Positions 20,736-31,872 of a DNA stretch of 37,844 nt are shown here, in pieces; position 1 is the first letter of the stretch, and every line of letters starts with the position of its first letter. Where the stretch lies: assembly GCF_001194135.2 (NCBI RefSeq), contig NC_068981.1, forward strand, positions 3,710,961-3,748,804, read 5' to 3'. The notes under the pieces were generated by a model. The model worked only from the letters and a program-made list of their open reading frames with translations, was not told where the DNA came from and did not search any database. The position numbers were made by a program, and so were the translations under genes. The DNA comes from Octopus bimaculoides. Taxonomy: Eukaryota.

Positions 20736-21366
20736 CAAAAAGGAAAATGCATCAAAGTCTCCCCGTAACCCTTCAACTTTAGTTCTTTGGTGTATTAACA
20801 ACTAACTGCATATCATGACCTTCTTTAAAACCGACCATCATTCGTTGAACTTCATGCTGTTGCAGTGCTAAGTTATTTGGATAATGAATGACAGTCTTTA
20901 TACATCACACACCTATCACTCACCTAAACCCTAGAGGCATACTCTCCAGAAATAATAAATTTAATTATATCCCTCCCCATTCGTTACAAAAGAGAAGGTA
21001 ATTAGGTTTACATCTGCTACAGTAATAGATCAATAACTTTTTCTGCTTTTATTTATAAAGCATTTTGCAACGTCTGTTCCTCACAAAAGGAAATCTTCAA
21101 CGCAACTAAAAGTTCTTGAGAATCACACAAACTCGAAAATGATTTGCTTAAATAACTATCGAAGTCAATTGAAGACAAAGAACCATTTTTTGGTATGTTT
21201 TTTCTAAAACTTCTTTTCTTCTTTTCTTCTTTTTTTTTATTGGTAATACACGATATTATTATCCTGTATTTGATGGTATCTAAGACACTCCTTCTGTCTC
21301 AAAAGATCAGCCTGGCTCCTGTATCCAAAGCTGAGCTTCTTGTAAGTTAATATTCCATGCTCTTAA

Positions 21367-21582
21367 GGCATCGAGCTGGCAGAAATGTTAGCACGCCAGG
21401 CAAAATGCTTAGCGGTATTTCATTTGTCTTTACGTTCTGAGTTCAAATTCCGCCGAGGTCAACTTTTCCTTTCATCCCTTCGGGGTTGATAAATTAAGTA
21501 CCAGTTGCATACTGGAGTCGATCTAATCGACTGGCCCTTTCCCCAAATATTTCGGGCCTTGTGCCTAGAGTAGAAACAAATA
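21367..21582 (+). mobile_element. Family C tRNA-SINE
   Basis: ggcatcgagctggcagaaatgttagcacgcc...gagttcaaattccgccgagg, tail gggccttgtgcctagagtagaaac. Confidence 0.8.
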
Positions 21583-21589
21583 TTCCATA

Positions 21590-21940
21590 CTTTATCTTTT
21601 ATCTTTATTTGTTTTGTTCATCAGACTGTGGCCATGCTGGGGCGCCACCTTGAAAAATTTTGGTAAAATGAATCGACCCCAGTACTAATTGTTTTTAAGC
21701 TTGACACTTATTCTATTGGTCTATTTTACTGAACCACTAAGTTACAGGACAAACACAGACACAATGGCACACACACACACATATATAACAGGCTTCTTTC
21801 AGTTTCCATCTACCAAATTCACTCACAAGGCATTGGTTGGCCTGGAGTTTTAATAGAAGACACTTGCCCAAGGGGCCACACAGTGGAACTGAACTTGGAA
21901 CCTTGTGATTTGGAAACAAACTTCTAACCTCGCAGCCACA
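21590..21940 (-). mobile_element. Family B tRNA-SINE with an internal (CA)n
   Basis: The reverse complement has a tRNA-like head gtggctgcgaggttagaag...ggttccaagttcagttccactg and a central ccttgtgagtgaatttggtagatggaaactgaaagaagcc. Confidence 0.8.
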
Positions 21941-22257
21941 TCTGTACCCCTGAAATCGGGGTGTCCCTCATATACCTGTGTGTCTTTTATGCCATCAAAT
22001 ACAGTAATTTGTTTTTAGTTTGGATTTTGTCTGGTGTTTAATACCTGCAAATTAATTATATTAAAAAGAAGAAGGGAAAATTGGAAAGCTAATGTAGGAC
22101 AATTAGAAACATTATGCACAATCTTTGCTAACAATGCATAGAAATCTAACAATGAAGGCAACATTATCATTTCCAGTAGCACCAATGGTGCTAAACTTGA
22201 TATATTCCTGCATGTCACCTAAATAAAATATATACATTGCATATGTATGTATGTATG

Positions 22258-23570
22258 ATTAGAAGTCATTGACACCTTCGTTTACCTTGGAACCACACTG
22301 TCAAGGGATGGTGGTCTTGATGCAGAAATATACTATCGAATAGCGAAGGGAAGTGCTGCATTTGGAAAGCTTGAAAAGCGAGTATGGGCTGATAGAGATA
22401 TCTCCCTGCAGACAAAAATCAGCATCTACAAAGCGTGTGTATTCACTGCACTTCTTTATTCAGGCGAAACATGGACCACTTACAAGCGTCATGTAAAGAT
22501 GCTAGAAAGGTTTCATCAAAAGTGTCTATGACGCATCCTAGGAGTAAAATGGAAGAGTTTCGTAGCAGATACAGAGGTTTTGTGCAGGGCGCACTGTAGC
22601 TCAATTGAAAAACATATTATCCTGGCCCAAATGAGATNNNNNNNNNNNNNNNNNNNNNNNNNNNNNNNNNNNNNNNNNNNNNNNNNNNNNNNNNNNNNNN
22701 NNNNNNNNNNNNNNNNNNNNNNNNNNNNNNNNNNNNNNNNNNNNNNNNNNNNNNNNNNNNNNNNNNNNNNNNNNNNNNNNNNNNNNNNNNNNNNNNNNNN
22801 NNNNNNNNNNNNNNNNNNNNNNNNNNNNNNNNNNNNNNNNNNNNNNNNNNNNNNNNNNNNNNNNNNNNNNNNNNNNNNNNNNNNNNNNNNNNNNNNNNNN
22901 NNNNNNNNNNNNNNNNNNNNNNNNNNNNNNNNNNNNNNNNNNNNNNNNNNNNNNNNNNNNNNNNNNNNNNNNNNNNNNNNNNNNNNNNNNNNNNNNNNNN
23001 NNNNNNNNNNNNNNNNNNNNNNNNNNNNNNNNNNNNNNNNNNNNNNNNNNNNNNNNNNNNNNNNNNNNNNNNNNNNNNNNNNNNNNNNNNNNNNNNNNNN
23101 NNNNNNNNNNNNNNNNNNNNNNNNNNNNNNNNNNNNNNNNNNNNNNNNNNNNNNNNNNNNNNNNNNNNNNNNNNNNNNNNNNNNNNNNNNNNNNNNNNNN
23201 NNNNNNNNNNNNNNNNNNNNNNNNNNNNNNNNNNNNNNNNNNNNNNNNNNNNNNNNNNNNNNNNNNNNNNNNNNNNNNNNNNNNNNNNNNNNNNNNNNNN
23301 NNNNATGAAAACACATGAGGGTAGAAATTCCAGACACCCTAAATACCAACCGCCTTCTGCGACCTGTGGCATATGTCACAAGGTTTGTAAAACAATATCC
23401 GGACTTAAGAGACATATACTGGTTCACAGAAGCGTTTCCTTAGAATCAGATACCAGCGGGCAAGGATCGAGAGGCCTGAGCATTTGTCATCTGTGCTGTA
23501 GACCTTGTCGCTCAGCAGCCGGACTTCAAAGTCACTTGAGGGCTCACCAACGGAGTGATTGTACTGCGTG
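22258..23570 (+). mobile_element. RTE/BovB-like LINE 3' portion with C-terminal C2H2 fingers (N-gap inside)
   Basis: LEVIDTFVYLGTTLSRDGGLDAEIYYRIAKGSAAFGKL..RVW...TKISIYKACV..LLYSGETWTTY.RH..MLERFHQKCL*RILG. After the gap: CGICHKVCKTISGLKRHILVH and CHLCCRPCRSAAGLQSHLRAH. Confidence 0.85.
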
Positions 23571-23744
23571 ATGATATGTGTGGATTGTTGATGGGATGGC
23601 TATCGTCTGTCAAGATGGAGCAGTCGTCGTCATGTATGTATGTGTGTGTGTGTGTGTGTATGTATGTATGCATGTATGTGTGTGTATGTATGTGTGTATG
23701 TGAGTGTGTATGTGAGTGCGTCCAGGCTTTCCAGACCCTAGTTG

Positions 23745-23806
23745 AACCATCCAATCCATGCCAGCATGGAAAACAGACGTTAAACGATGATGATGATGAT
23801 GATGAC
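23745..23806 (+). mobile_element. Short family A 3' tip
   Basis: ccatccaatccatgccagcatggaaaacagacgttaaacgatgatgatg. Confidence 0.7.
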
Positions 23807-25410
23807 AATAGGGCATTTTTGTTTGTATGTATGTATGCGTGTGTTCGTGCATGTATGCATGTGTGTATGTATGTCATTATTCACTTTATTTCAAGATTTC
23901 TTGCCAATATAGAAAGAACCGGATACTAACCTAGATCCAAGACTCCTTCATTGGAATTTCAGCATCAACAACAGAGTATGTATGTGCGTGTGTGTGTGTG
24001 TGCATGTGTGTTTATGTATGTATGTATGTATGTATGTATGTATGTATGTGTGCATATTTCTATGTTTTATGTATGTATTCTCATGCATATATTTACATAC
24101 ATGCTCACATCTATTTAAATGATAAACTTATGGAAAGTTTTACAGATTTTTACAGTTCCAGTGATGGATTGGATCTGTAGTCTTTGAATTTGCTTTCTCC
24201 TTTCTGGTTTTGAGAAGCCTGATTTTTCAAGATTGGTGTTTAGGCAGTGTATTACATATCCCAGTCTTCCAATAATTACAGGTACAAACCTGAGCTTGTA
24301 ATCTAGGTATTGTGTCAGCTGCTAATGGTGGTGCAGCATCTGCTGTGACTGTAGAGACCCACACAGGAATGGCCATAGAAACACACACAGTGACTGCATT
24401 TGAATGAGCTCTCTGCTGGCGCTACTGGTTTTTCCTTCTGTCAAGCATGCTTTTCTTTGGTGTCAAGTTCCTATATATCATCATCATCATCCAGTGTTTT
24501 AAGTCTAAGTTTTGTTCCTATTAATGGGGGTGGCTGGATCTACTTCAATGCCATAGCAACCAAGGTAGGCAGGTGCAGCCAACCCCAACCTTTGGGTTGG
24601 CTGGTGCCCATTTTTCTATCATGAGGCTTTTTTGGAGCTGGATTTTCTATGGGGAGCATGCCCTTACTTACCCCCAACCTCAGTTTCTAGACATGAGTGG
24701 TCCCGAGACCAAGGCCTCTACCATGATTTTTAAGAAATGTGGTGGAAAACTAGCTCAGGAAGGCAGGGACGCTACTCCCTGAGACCCCTTTCGGAGCCCC
24801 CCTACCTAGAGAGAGAGAGAGAGAGAGAGAGATGATGTACTTGCATAGCAAGTGACTTGATCTGAGATCATGTGCTGGAACGAAAACAATTGCAGCGTGG
24901 AAGGTGTTTATAAGCCATTTAAGAAACACACAAANNNNNNNNNNNNNNNNNNNNNNNNNNNNNNNNNNNNNNNNNNNNNNNNNNNNNNNNNNNNNNNNNN
25001 NNNNNNNNNNNNNNNNNNNNNNNNNNNNNNNNNNNNNNNNNNNNNNNNNNNNNNNNNNNNNNNNNNNNNNNNNNNNNNNNNNNNNNNNNNNNNNNNNNNN
25101 NNNNNNNNNNNNNNNNNNNNNNNNNNNNNNNNNNNNNNNNNNNNNNNNNNNNNNNNNNNNNNNNNNNNNNNNNNNNNNNNNNNNNNNNNNNNNNNNNNNN
25201 NNNNNNNNNNNNNNNNNNNNNNNNNNNNNNNNNNNNNNNNNNNNNNNNNNNNNNNNNNNNNNNNNNNNNNNNNNNNNNNNNNNNNNNNNNNNNNNNNNNN
25301 NNNNNNNNNNNNNNNNNNNNNNNNNNNNNNNNNNNNNNNNNNNNNNNNNNNNNNNNNNNNNNNNNNNNNNNNNNNNNNNNNNNNNNNNNNNNNNNNNNNN
25401 NNNNNNNNNN

Positions 25411-25655
25411 AGTAGATATAAGATTGCCAAGATTTTGTCTCTCTCATCAAAGATCAGTGGCTATCGAACGCCGACGAAGGGAAATAACCCTGAAACCCAG
25501 GTCCGTTCGTGCTACAGATCATGATGGGAGGGATAACTTCCCTTGGCAAACAGGACACAGTAGTGTGTCGATAAGCCAGCTGGAGGAGATGTCCTCCTGG
25601 GGCTAAAAGCAACAGTAACATCCACCCCTAGGGGTCAGCCACACTTAAGTGGCAA
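25411..25655 (+). mobile_element. Hammerhead plus multi-hairpin element (left end lost in a gap)
   Basis: Hammerhead at 25465-25509, then hairpins GACACA/TGTGTC, AGCC..GGAGGA gatg TCCTCC..GGCT, ACCC/GGGT and GCCAC/GTGGC. Confidence 0.75.
25465..25509 (+). ncRNA. Type I hammerhead ribozyme motif (U4C variant)
   Basis: CGAACG CCGACGA AGGG aaauaa CCCU GAAA C ccag G UC CGUUCG. It has a perfect 6-bp helix I, a 4-bp helix II, a near-palindromic helix III ACC(CA)GGU and a GUC triplet. The core reads CCGACGA instead of CUGANGA. Confidence 0.75.
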
Positions 25656-25869
25656 TATACTACACTTTATATATATATATATATATATATCATTATAAGA
25701 TCGAAGGAACTAAGTGTAGAAAATTTGTAGTCTTCAAGTAGTCTGTGATGAGCATTAAAAAAAACAATGTTCAGAAATAATAATAATTTATTGATGTCAA
25801 AGGTTTTAGGATTTTCCCATATTGAAATTCAATAAGCCGAAAAAATTTACGTCTGGCTCATGGTTAGAA

Positions 25870-26237
25870 ACTAGAGTAGCTATGAATGCAAATAAAAATC
25901 TGAACAGAGGATGCTAGGAATATCATTAAGGAATATCATTACATGCTAGGAATATCATTAAGAGAACAGATTTGAAATGAGATAGTTCAAGATTGGAGCA
26001 GAGTGAAGGATGTAAATGCAGAATACCAAAAGCCTAAGTTCCACCTGGCCAGACATGTTGTAAGGTTCACAGACAACAGGTGGACTTGTACAGTTGTTGA
26101 GTGATATCCAAAAGATCAGAGAAGGTCACTTGGAAGGCTTCCACAACAATGGCAAAACAAGTTAGTCAAGCAATTTGGGTCAAGATGGAAAAGAAGGATG
26201 CAATCAAGACAGAACTGGAAGCGCATTGTGACCAGTG
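25870..26237 (+). mobile_element. RTE-1-type LINE 3' fragment
   Basis: RMLGISLREQI*NE...HLARHVVRFTDNRWTCTVVE*YPKDQRRSLGRLPQQW..LVKQFGSRWKR, a degenerate WAGHV.R..D.RW and RP..RW pattern. Confidence 0.7.
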
Positions 26238-26321
26238 ATGTATAACATCTGATAGTCTGGCCAATACTGTGCTACTCTGATATATAGATATATAAATATA
26301 TTAAATAAACATATATATATA

Positions 26322-26647
26322 CCGCCTGACTGGGCGTTGTGGGATTTTCGAGTGAGATCATTACCAGTGCCCCTGGACTGGCTCTTGTGCGGGTGACACA
26401 TGAAATGCACCATTTTGAGCGTGACCATTGCCAGTGCCGCCTGGCTGGCCTTCGTGGGATTTTCGAACGAGATCGTTGCCAGTGCCCCTGGACTGGCTCT
26501 TGTGTGGGTGGTACATAAAATGCACTATTTTGAGCGTGGCCGTTGCCAGTACCGCCTGACTGGCCTTCGTGCGGTTGACATGTAAAAGCACCCCCTACAC
26601 TCTCTGAGTGGTTGGCATTAGGAAGGGCATCCAGCTGTAGAAACTCT
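26322..26647 (+). mobile_element. Family A repeat with an internal ~115-bp tandem duplication
   Basis: Two copies of gggattttcg..gagatc.ttgccagtgcccctggactggctcttgtg.gggtg..acat.aaatgcac.attttgagcgtg.cc.ttgccagt, then aggaagggcatccagctgtagaaact. Confidence 0.8.
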
Positions 26648-26700
26648 NNNNNNNNNNNNNNNNNNNNNNNNNNNNNNNNNNNNNNNNNNNNNNNNNNNNN

Positions 26701-26745
<45 letters not shown>

Positions 26746-26751
26746 GATATT

Positions 26752-26980
26752 ATTTTATTCTTTTACTTGTTTCAGTCATTTGACTTCAGCCATGCTGGAG
26801 CACTACCTTTTAGTCAAAGAAATCGACTCCAGGACTTATTCTTTGTAAGCCTGGTACTTATTCTATCAGTCTCTTTTGCCAAACTGCTAGGTTATGGGGA
26901 CATAAACACTCCAACATTGGTTGTCAAGCGATGGTGGCGAGGGACAAACACAGACACAAACATAAATATACACACATGCG

Positions 26981-27013
<33 letters not shown>

Positions 27014-27171
27014 GACAAGCTTCTTTTCAGTTTCTGTCAACTAAATCCACTCACAAGGCTTTGGTTGGCCCAAAGCTATAGTAGAAGACACATGCTCAAG
27101 GTGGGACTGCATTGGGACTGAACCCAAGAACCATGTGGTTGCGAAGCAAGCTTCTTACTATACAGCCATGC

Positions 27172-27172
<1 letters not shown>
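26752..27172 (-). mobile_element. Family B tRNA-SINE, full length
   Basis: Runs from cttgtttcagtcatttgac to ...gaaccatgtggttgcgaagcaagcttcttactatacagcc, with an internal (CA)n. Confidence 0.85.
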
Positions 27173-27222
<50 letters not shown>

Positions 27223-27574
27223 CGTATGTGTGTGTGTGCGTGTGCGTGTGCATGTGTGTGTCTCTATTTTAATGTATAAATGTGGCTCTGTCCATCTACA
27301 TATTTATTTATAACCCACACTGTATTGATATTATAAGTGTATGAAACATGAAACTTTTAGACAAAGTGAAATAAGAAAATAGAGCAGTGAACAATTTTTG
27401 TAAAAACAAATTAATATTCTTAATAATTTTTGCTTTCAGACATTTCTACAGTTCCAGATCTCTGCAGCTACCATATTGTTTATGATTAAGTTAGTATAAC
27501 ATTTTCTTTCTTTTGAATGACAGCTTTTTGGTAAAGGATAGCAGAATAAATGTTTGGTTTGTCATCAGTATATT

Positions 27575-28195
27575 GATGGGACAAAAGACCTTACACTCTG
27601 TTGTGTATGCACACTGACATTGCACATCCAGCAAACCATACTGGCTTCATTTCTTTCAAATCTTCGCATGTCCTCAGCTGTCACAGCCCATATTCCACTG
27701 CTGTGTAGCATTGCTGTTTGCACATAGGCATTATACAATCTGCTTTTTACTTTGTGGGAGAGGCCCTTTGTTAGCAACAGAGGTAAGAGCTCTCTGAACT
27801 TTGCCCAGCCTATTCTTATTCTCACGGCTATGATCTCAGAGCATCCACCCCTGCTACTGACTTGGTCACCTAGGTAATGGAAGATATCAACTACTTCTAG
27901 TTATCCCCTCTGGCATTTGATGGAGTCTATTTGCTGAACATTTTCGGTGTTAATTGTATCTGTGCACCTTCCACACACAAAAACTATTTTCCCTGCACCT
28001 CTTATGTGTCCATAGCTTGCACTGGGTACATCTTATGGAGTTTCTACCTATACCTTTTCTACAGATCAAGCAGGGCCATCTGCCTGAAGGGATTTGTGAT
28101 TTGTCTGCTCTCCTACTTACTAAGACTTTGGTTTTTGCTAGATTAACTCTAAGGCTCTTCGACTCTAGACCTTGCTTCTACATGTAGCATATTTA
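27575..28195 (-). mobile_element. RTE LINE RT/thumb fragment
   Basis: The minus strand gives LESKSLRVNLAKTKVL..RWPCLICRKGIGRNSIRCTQCKLWTHKRC and RIRIGWAKFRELLPLL..LYNAYVQTAMLHSS..WAVTAEDMRRFERNEASM. Confidence 0.85.
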
Positions 28196-28215
28196 GCACA
28201 CAAGAGTTTACTCTA

Positions 28216-28298
28216 AACGTTCTGGGTTCAAATCCTGTCAACGTCAACTTTGCCTTTCATCTTGGGGTCAATGTAATTGACTTCTTCCTCCCTTCAAA

Positions 28299-28300
<2 letters not shown>
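28216..28300 (+). mobile_element. Family C SINE fragment before (TTA)n
   Basis: cgttctgggttcaaatcctgtcaacgtcaactttgcctttcatc. Confidence 0.6.
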
Positions 28301-28351
<51 letters not shown>

Positions 28352-28642
28352 GCTTATGGTGCTGGTTTTGCTTCTTTCATTAACGATGGGAATATTAGCT
28401 TTTCAAAAGGGGGTCTTTTTATATCTTATACTATGGTTGCTGTCATAGATTTCATATTTTTTCAATTTTGCTTCACTTGTTTTCAAATTTGGTTATACCG
28501 CTATAGTTTTGTCTGCTAGTTATGAAAAAGAAATTCATTTTTGCCATAAATTAATCAATAAAATGTTAAGAGCTTTTAAAGTTTGCGAATTTGGGGAAAT
28601 TACACCATTATACACATGACTGTAAATCTCACATTGGAGTCT

Positions 28643-28656
28643 GTTTCCATAGCAAC
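28643..28656. promoter_or_regulatory. RFX X-box-like motif
   Basis: GTTTCCATAGCAAC fits the GTTNCCATRGNAAC consensus and lies in apparently unique sequence. A motif match alone does not prove function. Confidence 0.3.
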
Positions 28657-29141
28657 AAGCAAAGCTGTAGTCTGCTCTGTTTTCATTATAATAAGGACAC
28701 CATACTAAGCACCACTGTAACCATCACAAGTTTTGACAAGCAGCATCATTTTGTGCCTGTGTTATTTCTCTGTCATTTTGCGACAGCTATCACGCAGAAA
28801 ATGCTGACTTCTGAATCCCACCTTCAACTTGGACTAAAAATGATCAAACTTTAAACCTCTGTAAGATTTTCCTAAAACTTTAGAGGAATAAATGAATCCC
28901 AAATGTGGATTCAGTGCAAAAAATTACATCAATATACCAAATTTGAAAATTTTCACTTAATTTTAAAATTTCCAAATCTGACAGCAACTGAGAAGATGGA
29001 TTCATTTATATATTGTATATTGCATATTTATTTCATGTTTGTATGTTCCCTTTCTGCCTCTTTGGTCCCTTGTTCATTGGTTATTTCTCGTTGCCCCACC
29101 AAAGGGGAGTAATATTATTGTTGAAGGTGCAAAATTGAGTC

Positions 29142-29336
29142 CAGTAATCCCTCGCCTATCGCGGGTGTAATGTTTCAAAACCTCCCACAGAAATAATTAA
29201 AATCTAAATACCTATTGGCCACAGAAACCTGAATATACTGAGGAGTCTGCAACATAAATTTGCATATATTAGACAGAAAAATCTACGATGTACTGAATGT
29301 GTGATAGGCGAACTGCGATATGGCAAGGGATTACTG
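29142..29336. mobile_element. Tigger/pogo-like MITE
   Basis: TIRs cagtaatccctcgcctatcgc and gcgatatggcaagggattactg, followed by TA. The same TIR occurs at 33743. Confidence 0.75.
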
Positions 29337-29913
29337 TAAACCCTTTGGAGGATAACTGATGAGGGCTTGGGGACTTTCTGTGTCTGTTTTCCATTTATTT
29401 TGATTGTATATATTATATGTTTTTTAACTTATATATATATATATATAGGTATACAGGTATACCTCACCCTACATTGTTAAATGGTTGCAGGAGACACGAC
29501 TTAAGCAAAAAAACAACTTAAGTCAAATTAACTTGTCCCCAGGCTAGGCTAGGCTGAACTTACTTGTCACTAGGCTAAACCAATAATAACCATTCCCAGT
29601 TCTGTACTTTATTTATGAATGCATCTTCAATAATACATGGTTAATTAAAACCTATTTCAAGCTTACAAACAAATAATTTTAATTTTTTAATGCAGTACAC
29701 TAAAAAAAAAAGTAATCTAAGTTTATGAATACAATTTCACGGTGTTTACCGTACATCTCGGACACTTTATTTATGAATGCGGTTTGCAACAAGACATGGT
29801 AAAATAAAAGCCTTTTTTAAGCTTAAAAAACAAATTCAGTAATTATTGTTATTTTGCAATAGTAAAAAAAAAATAAATTATTTTAAATTTACCAATATGT
29901 ACTACACTCTCGG

Positions 29914-30220
29914 AAGGGTATTTACGAGATATCACCATGCTTGAAATAGCAGTGAAAACCTGACTCTAAAACCACATCATGTATTCAATATTGAACAAAG
30001 TGAAAAGACAAATAAATAAATAAACTACTGAGAATTGGTATATTTCATTGATGAAGGCCAATTATTTTTATACAGAACCAGAGACCCAGGTTCTGGGAAT
30101 TATCCAGTTTTCACTAGTTTACTTGTCTTTTCACCTTGTGCTGTATTGAATACATGATGTGGTTTTAGAGTCAGGTTTTGACTGCTATTTCAAGCATGGT
30201 GGTATCTCTTAGATACCCTT
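29914..30220. mobile_element. MITE with ~100-bp inverted arms
   Basis: aagggtatttacgagatatcaccatgcttgaaatagcagtgaaaacctgactctaaaaccacatcatgtattcaata (from 29914) is mirrored at 30118-30220. Confidence 0.85.
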
Positions 30221-30874
30221 ATTTATAATTTTAATAATAATTATAACCTATAAGGGTTTTTTTTTCAAGAATGGAGACACATCTCACTCAGCTGCCTCAA
30301 TGTTCTGCATGGCAAGAAGTGAGATGTTTGAATGAGTCAGCTGCTTTCAATGCTCTGAAAAATGTCAGAGCATCTCTTTTATAGGGTACAAGAAGAAGAT
30401 TCAAGATTGAGTTATGTGATGGCATGATGCTGACTGGTTGCTTAATATACAGACCGTGTGAAACTACTGTGGTTCGGCCGTGATGTGTGACCAGTTACTT
30501 AGCAATTTGGTTTCAAGTCACAGCTACACTACCTTCAACACTGACGATGTAAACACAATTTATTAGTTTTAATAATGTTTATCAAACAATCTCTGATGAG
30601 AACCTCCTTTCAGTTTTATTGATTTTTATGTAAGAAGGTGTGCTTACTGCTTACTAGGGTAACATATATTTTGGAGGTAAATTCTAAAAGGGTTTGTTAT
30701 CTGGTCACATGCTGATGCAAAGCACTGATCACATAATGGTGAATTCATTGATCCATAACTCAGGTTATGTCAGGTCAAATGATTGACTTTATAAGAACAG
30801 ATTTATAACAGCCATATGTGATGGGTGGGTGGGTGGAGTATCTTAAAGATCGCAAGGAGAAAAAAAGCAGATTG

Positions 30875-31190
30875 TGATGATGATGATGTTGATGGTGATG
30901 GTGATGATGATGATGGCGAAGTTGGTGGTGGTGGTGATGACAAATGATGATGATGAAGAGGAGGATGATGATGATGACGGCAATGATGCTGAAGATGATG
31001 ATGTTGAAAATTGTGACAATGATGACGATGATGATGTTGAAGATGATGATGTTGAAAATTGTGACAATGATGACGATGATGATAGCAACAATGACTGATA
31101 TTCATGATGATGATGACTATGATGACGAAGACAACAATGACAATGTGGCTGGTGATGACGACCATTATGATGGACGATGACAATAATAGT
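30875..31190. repeat. (GAT)n-derived low-complexity tract with a 48-bp internal duplication
   Basis: tgaagatgatgatgttgaaaattgtgacaatgatgacgatgatgat occurs twice (~30990 and ~31038). Confidence 0.85.
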
Positions 31191-31536
31191 GAGGATGATT
31201 CTATTCAGTATTTCGTCAGTGATTCATAACAATTGAATTGCTAATTGGTCGTTGAATGAGTGAAATTTCTAAGAAAACTTTAAACTTTGTTAATGTTTCC
31301 TTTTTTCTTTTGCAAGGATTCATAGAAATTACGATAATTATTGTAATTAATAATAACTAATATAATTACACAGTCATCAATGTCCCCATTGTGACTTCAC
31401 AGCAAAATCCATCCCTTGACCGAAATTGAATTCACGCATCCATCACAAATGGATGCAACTCCTTTGTGTTTCGTTTTTCATTAACTTTAAGTCCTCCCCT
31501 TCAAACATTCATTCATTGAAACCACCAAGAGTGACT

Positions 31537-31872
31537 ATCATCATCATCATCATCATCATTGTTTAACGTCCGTTTTCCATGCTGGCATGGGTTGGGCAGT
31601 TTGACTGAAGACTGGCAAGCCAGAAGGTTGTGCCAGGCACCAATCTGCTCTGGCAAAGTTTCTACAGCTGGATGCCCTTCCTAACACCAACCACTCCAAG
31701 AATGTAGTTAGTGCTTTTTACATGTCAGGTGGCACTGGCATTGACTACTCTCAGATGGTGTTTCTTACGTGCCACCACCACGAGAGCCAGTTGGGTGGCA
31801 CTGGCATCAATTACTCTCGAATAGTGCTTTTTACGTGCTACCAGAACACGAGCCAGTCAGGTGGCACTGACA
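31537..31872 (-). mobile_element. Family A repeat
   Basis: catcatcattgtttaacgtccgttttccatgctggcatgggttgg...ctggatgcccttcctaacacc plus tandem ggtggcactggcat subrepeats. Confidence 0.8.

Noticed and set aside
21273-21341. ATG-initiated 23-codon frame ending at GTAAGT as first exon of the EF-hand gene
   Set aside because: The phase would fit the 27440 candidate, but the peptide is not signal-like and there is no independent support.
22516-23427. Long X-filled ORFs here and at 5569-6197, 10068-10648, 15216-15960 and 24750-25524
   Set aside because: They are artefacts of N-gaps that contain no stop codons.
24100-24400. Minus-strand PILK...KDYR-like remnant of a LINE RT start
   Set aside because: It is too degenerate, with multiple stops and frameshifts, to call without a database search.
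25515-25550. ATGA plus GGGAGG/CTTCCC hairpin as a SECIS element (some Naiad-type Penelope elements have one)
   Set aside because: The stem is too short and the 3' GA of the non-Watson-Crick quartet is absent.
30874-31180. Asp-rich ORF as an acidic biomineralisation protein exon
   Set aside because: It derives from a (GAT)n microsatellite, is open in several frames for that reason, and has no polypyrimidine acceptor.
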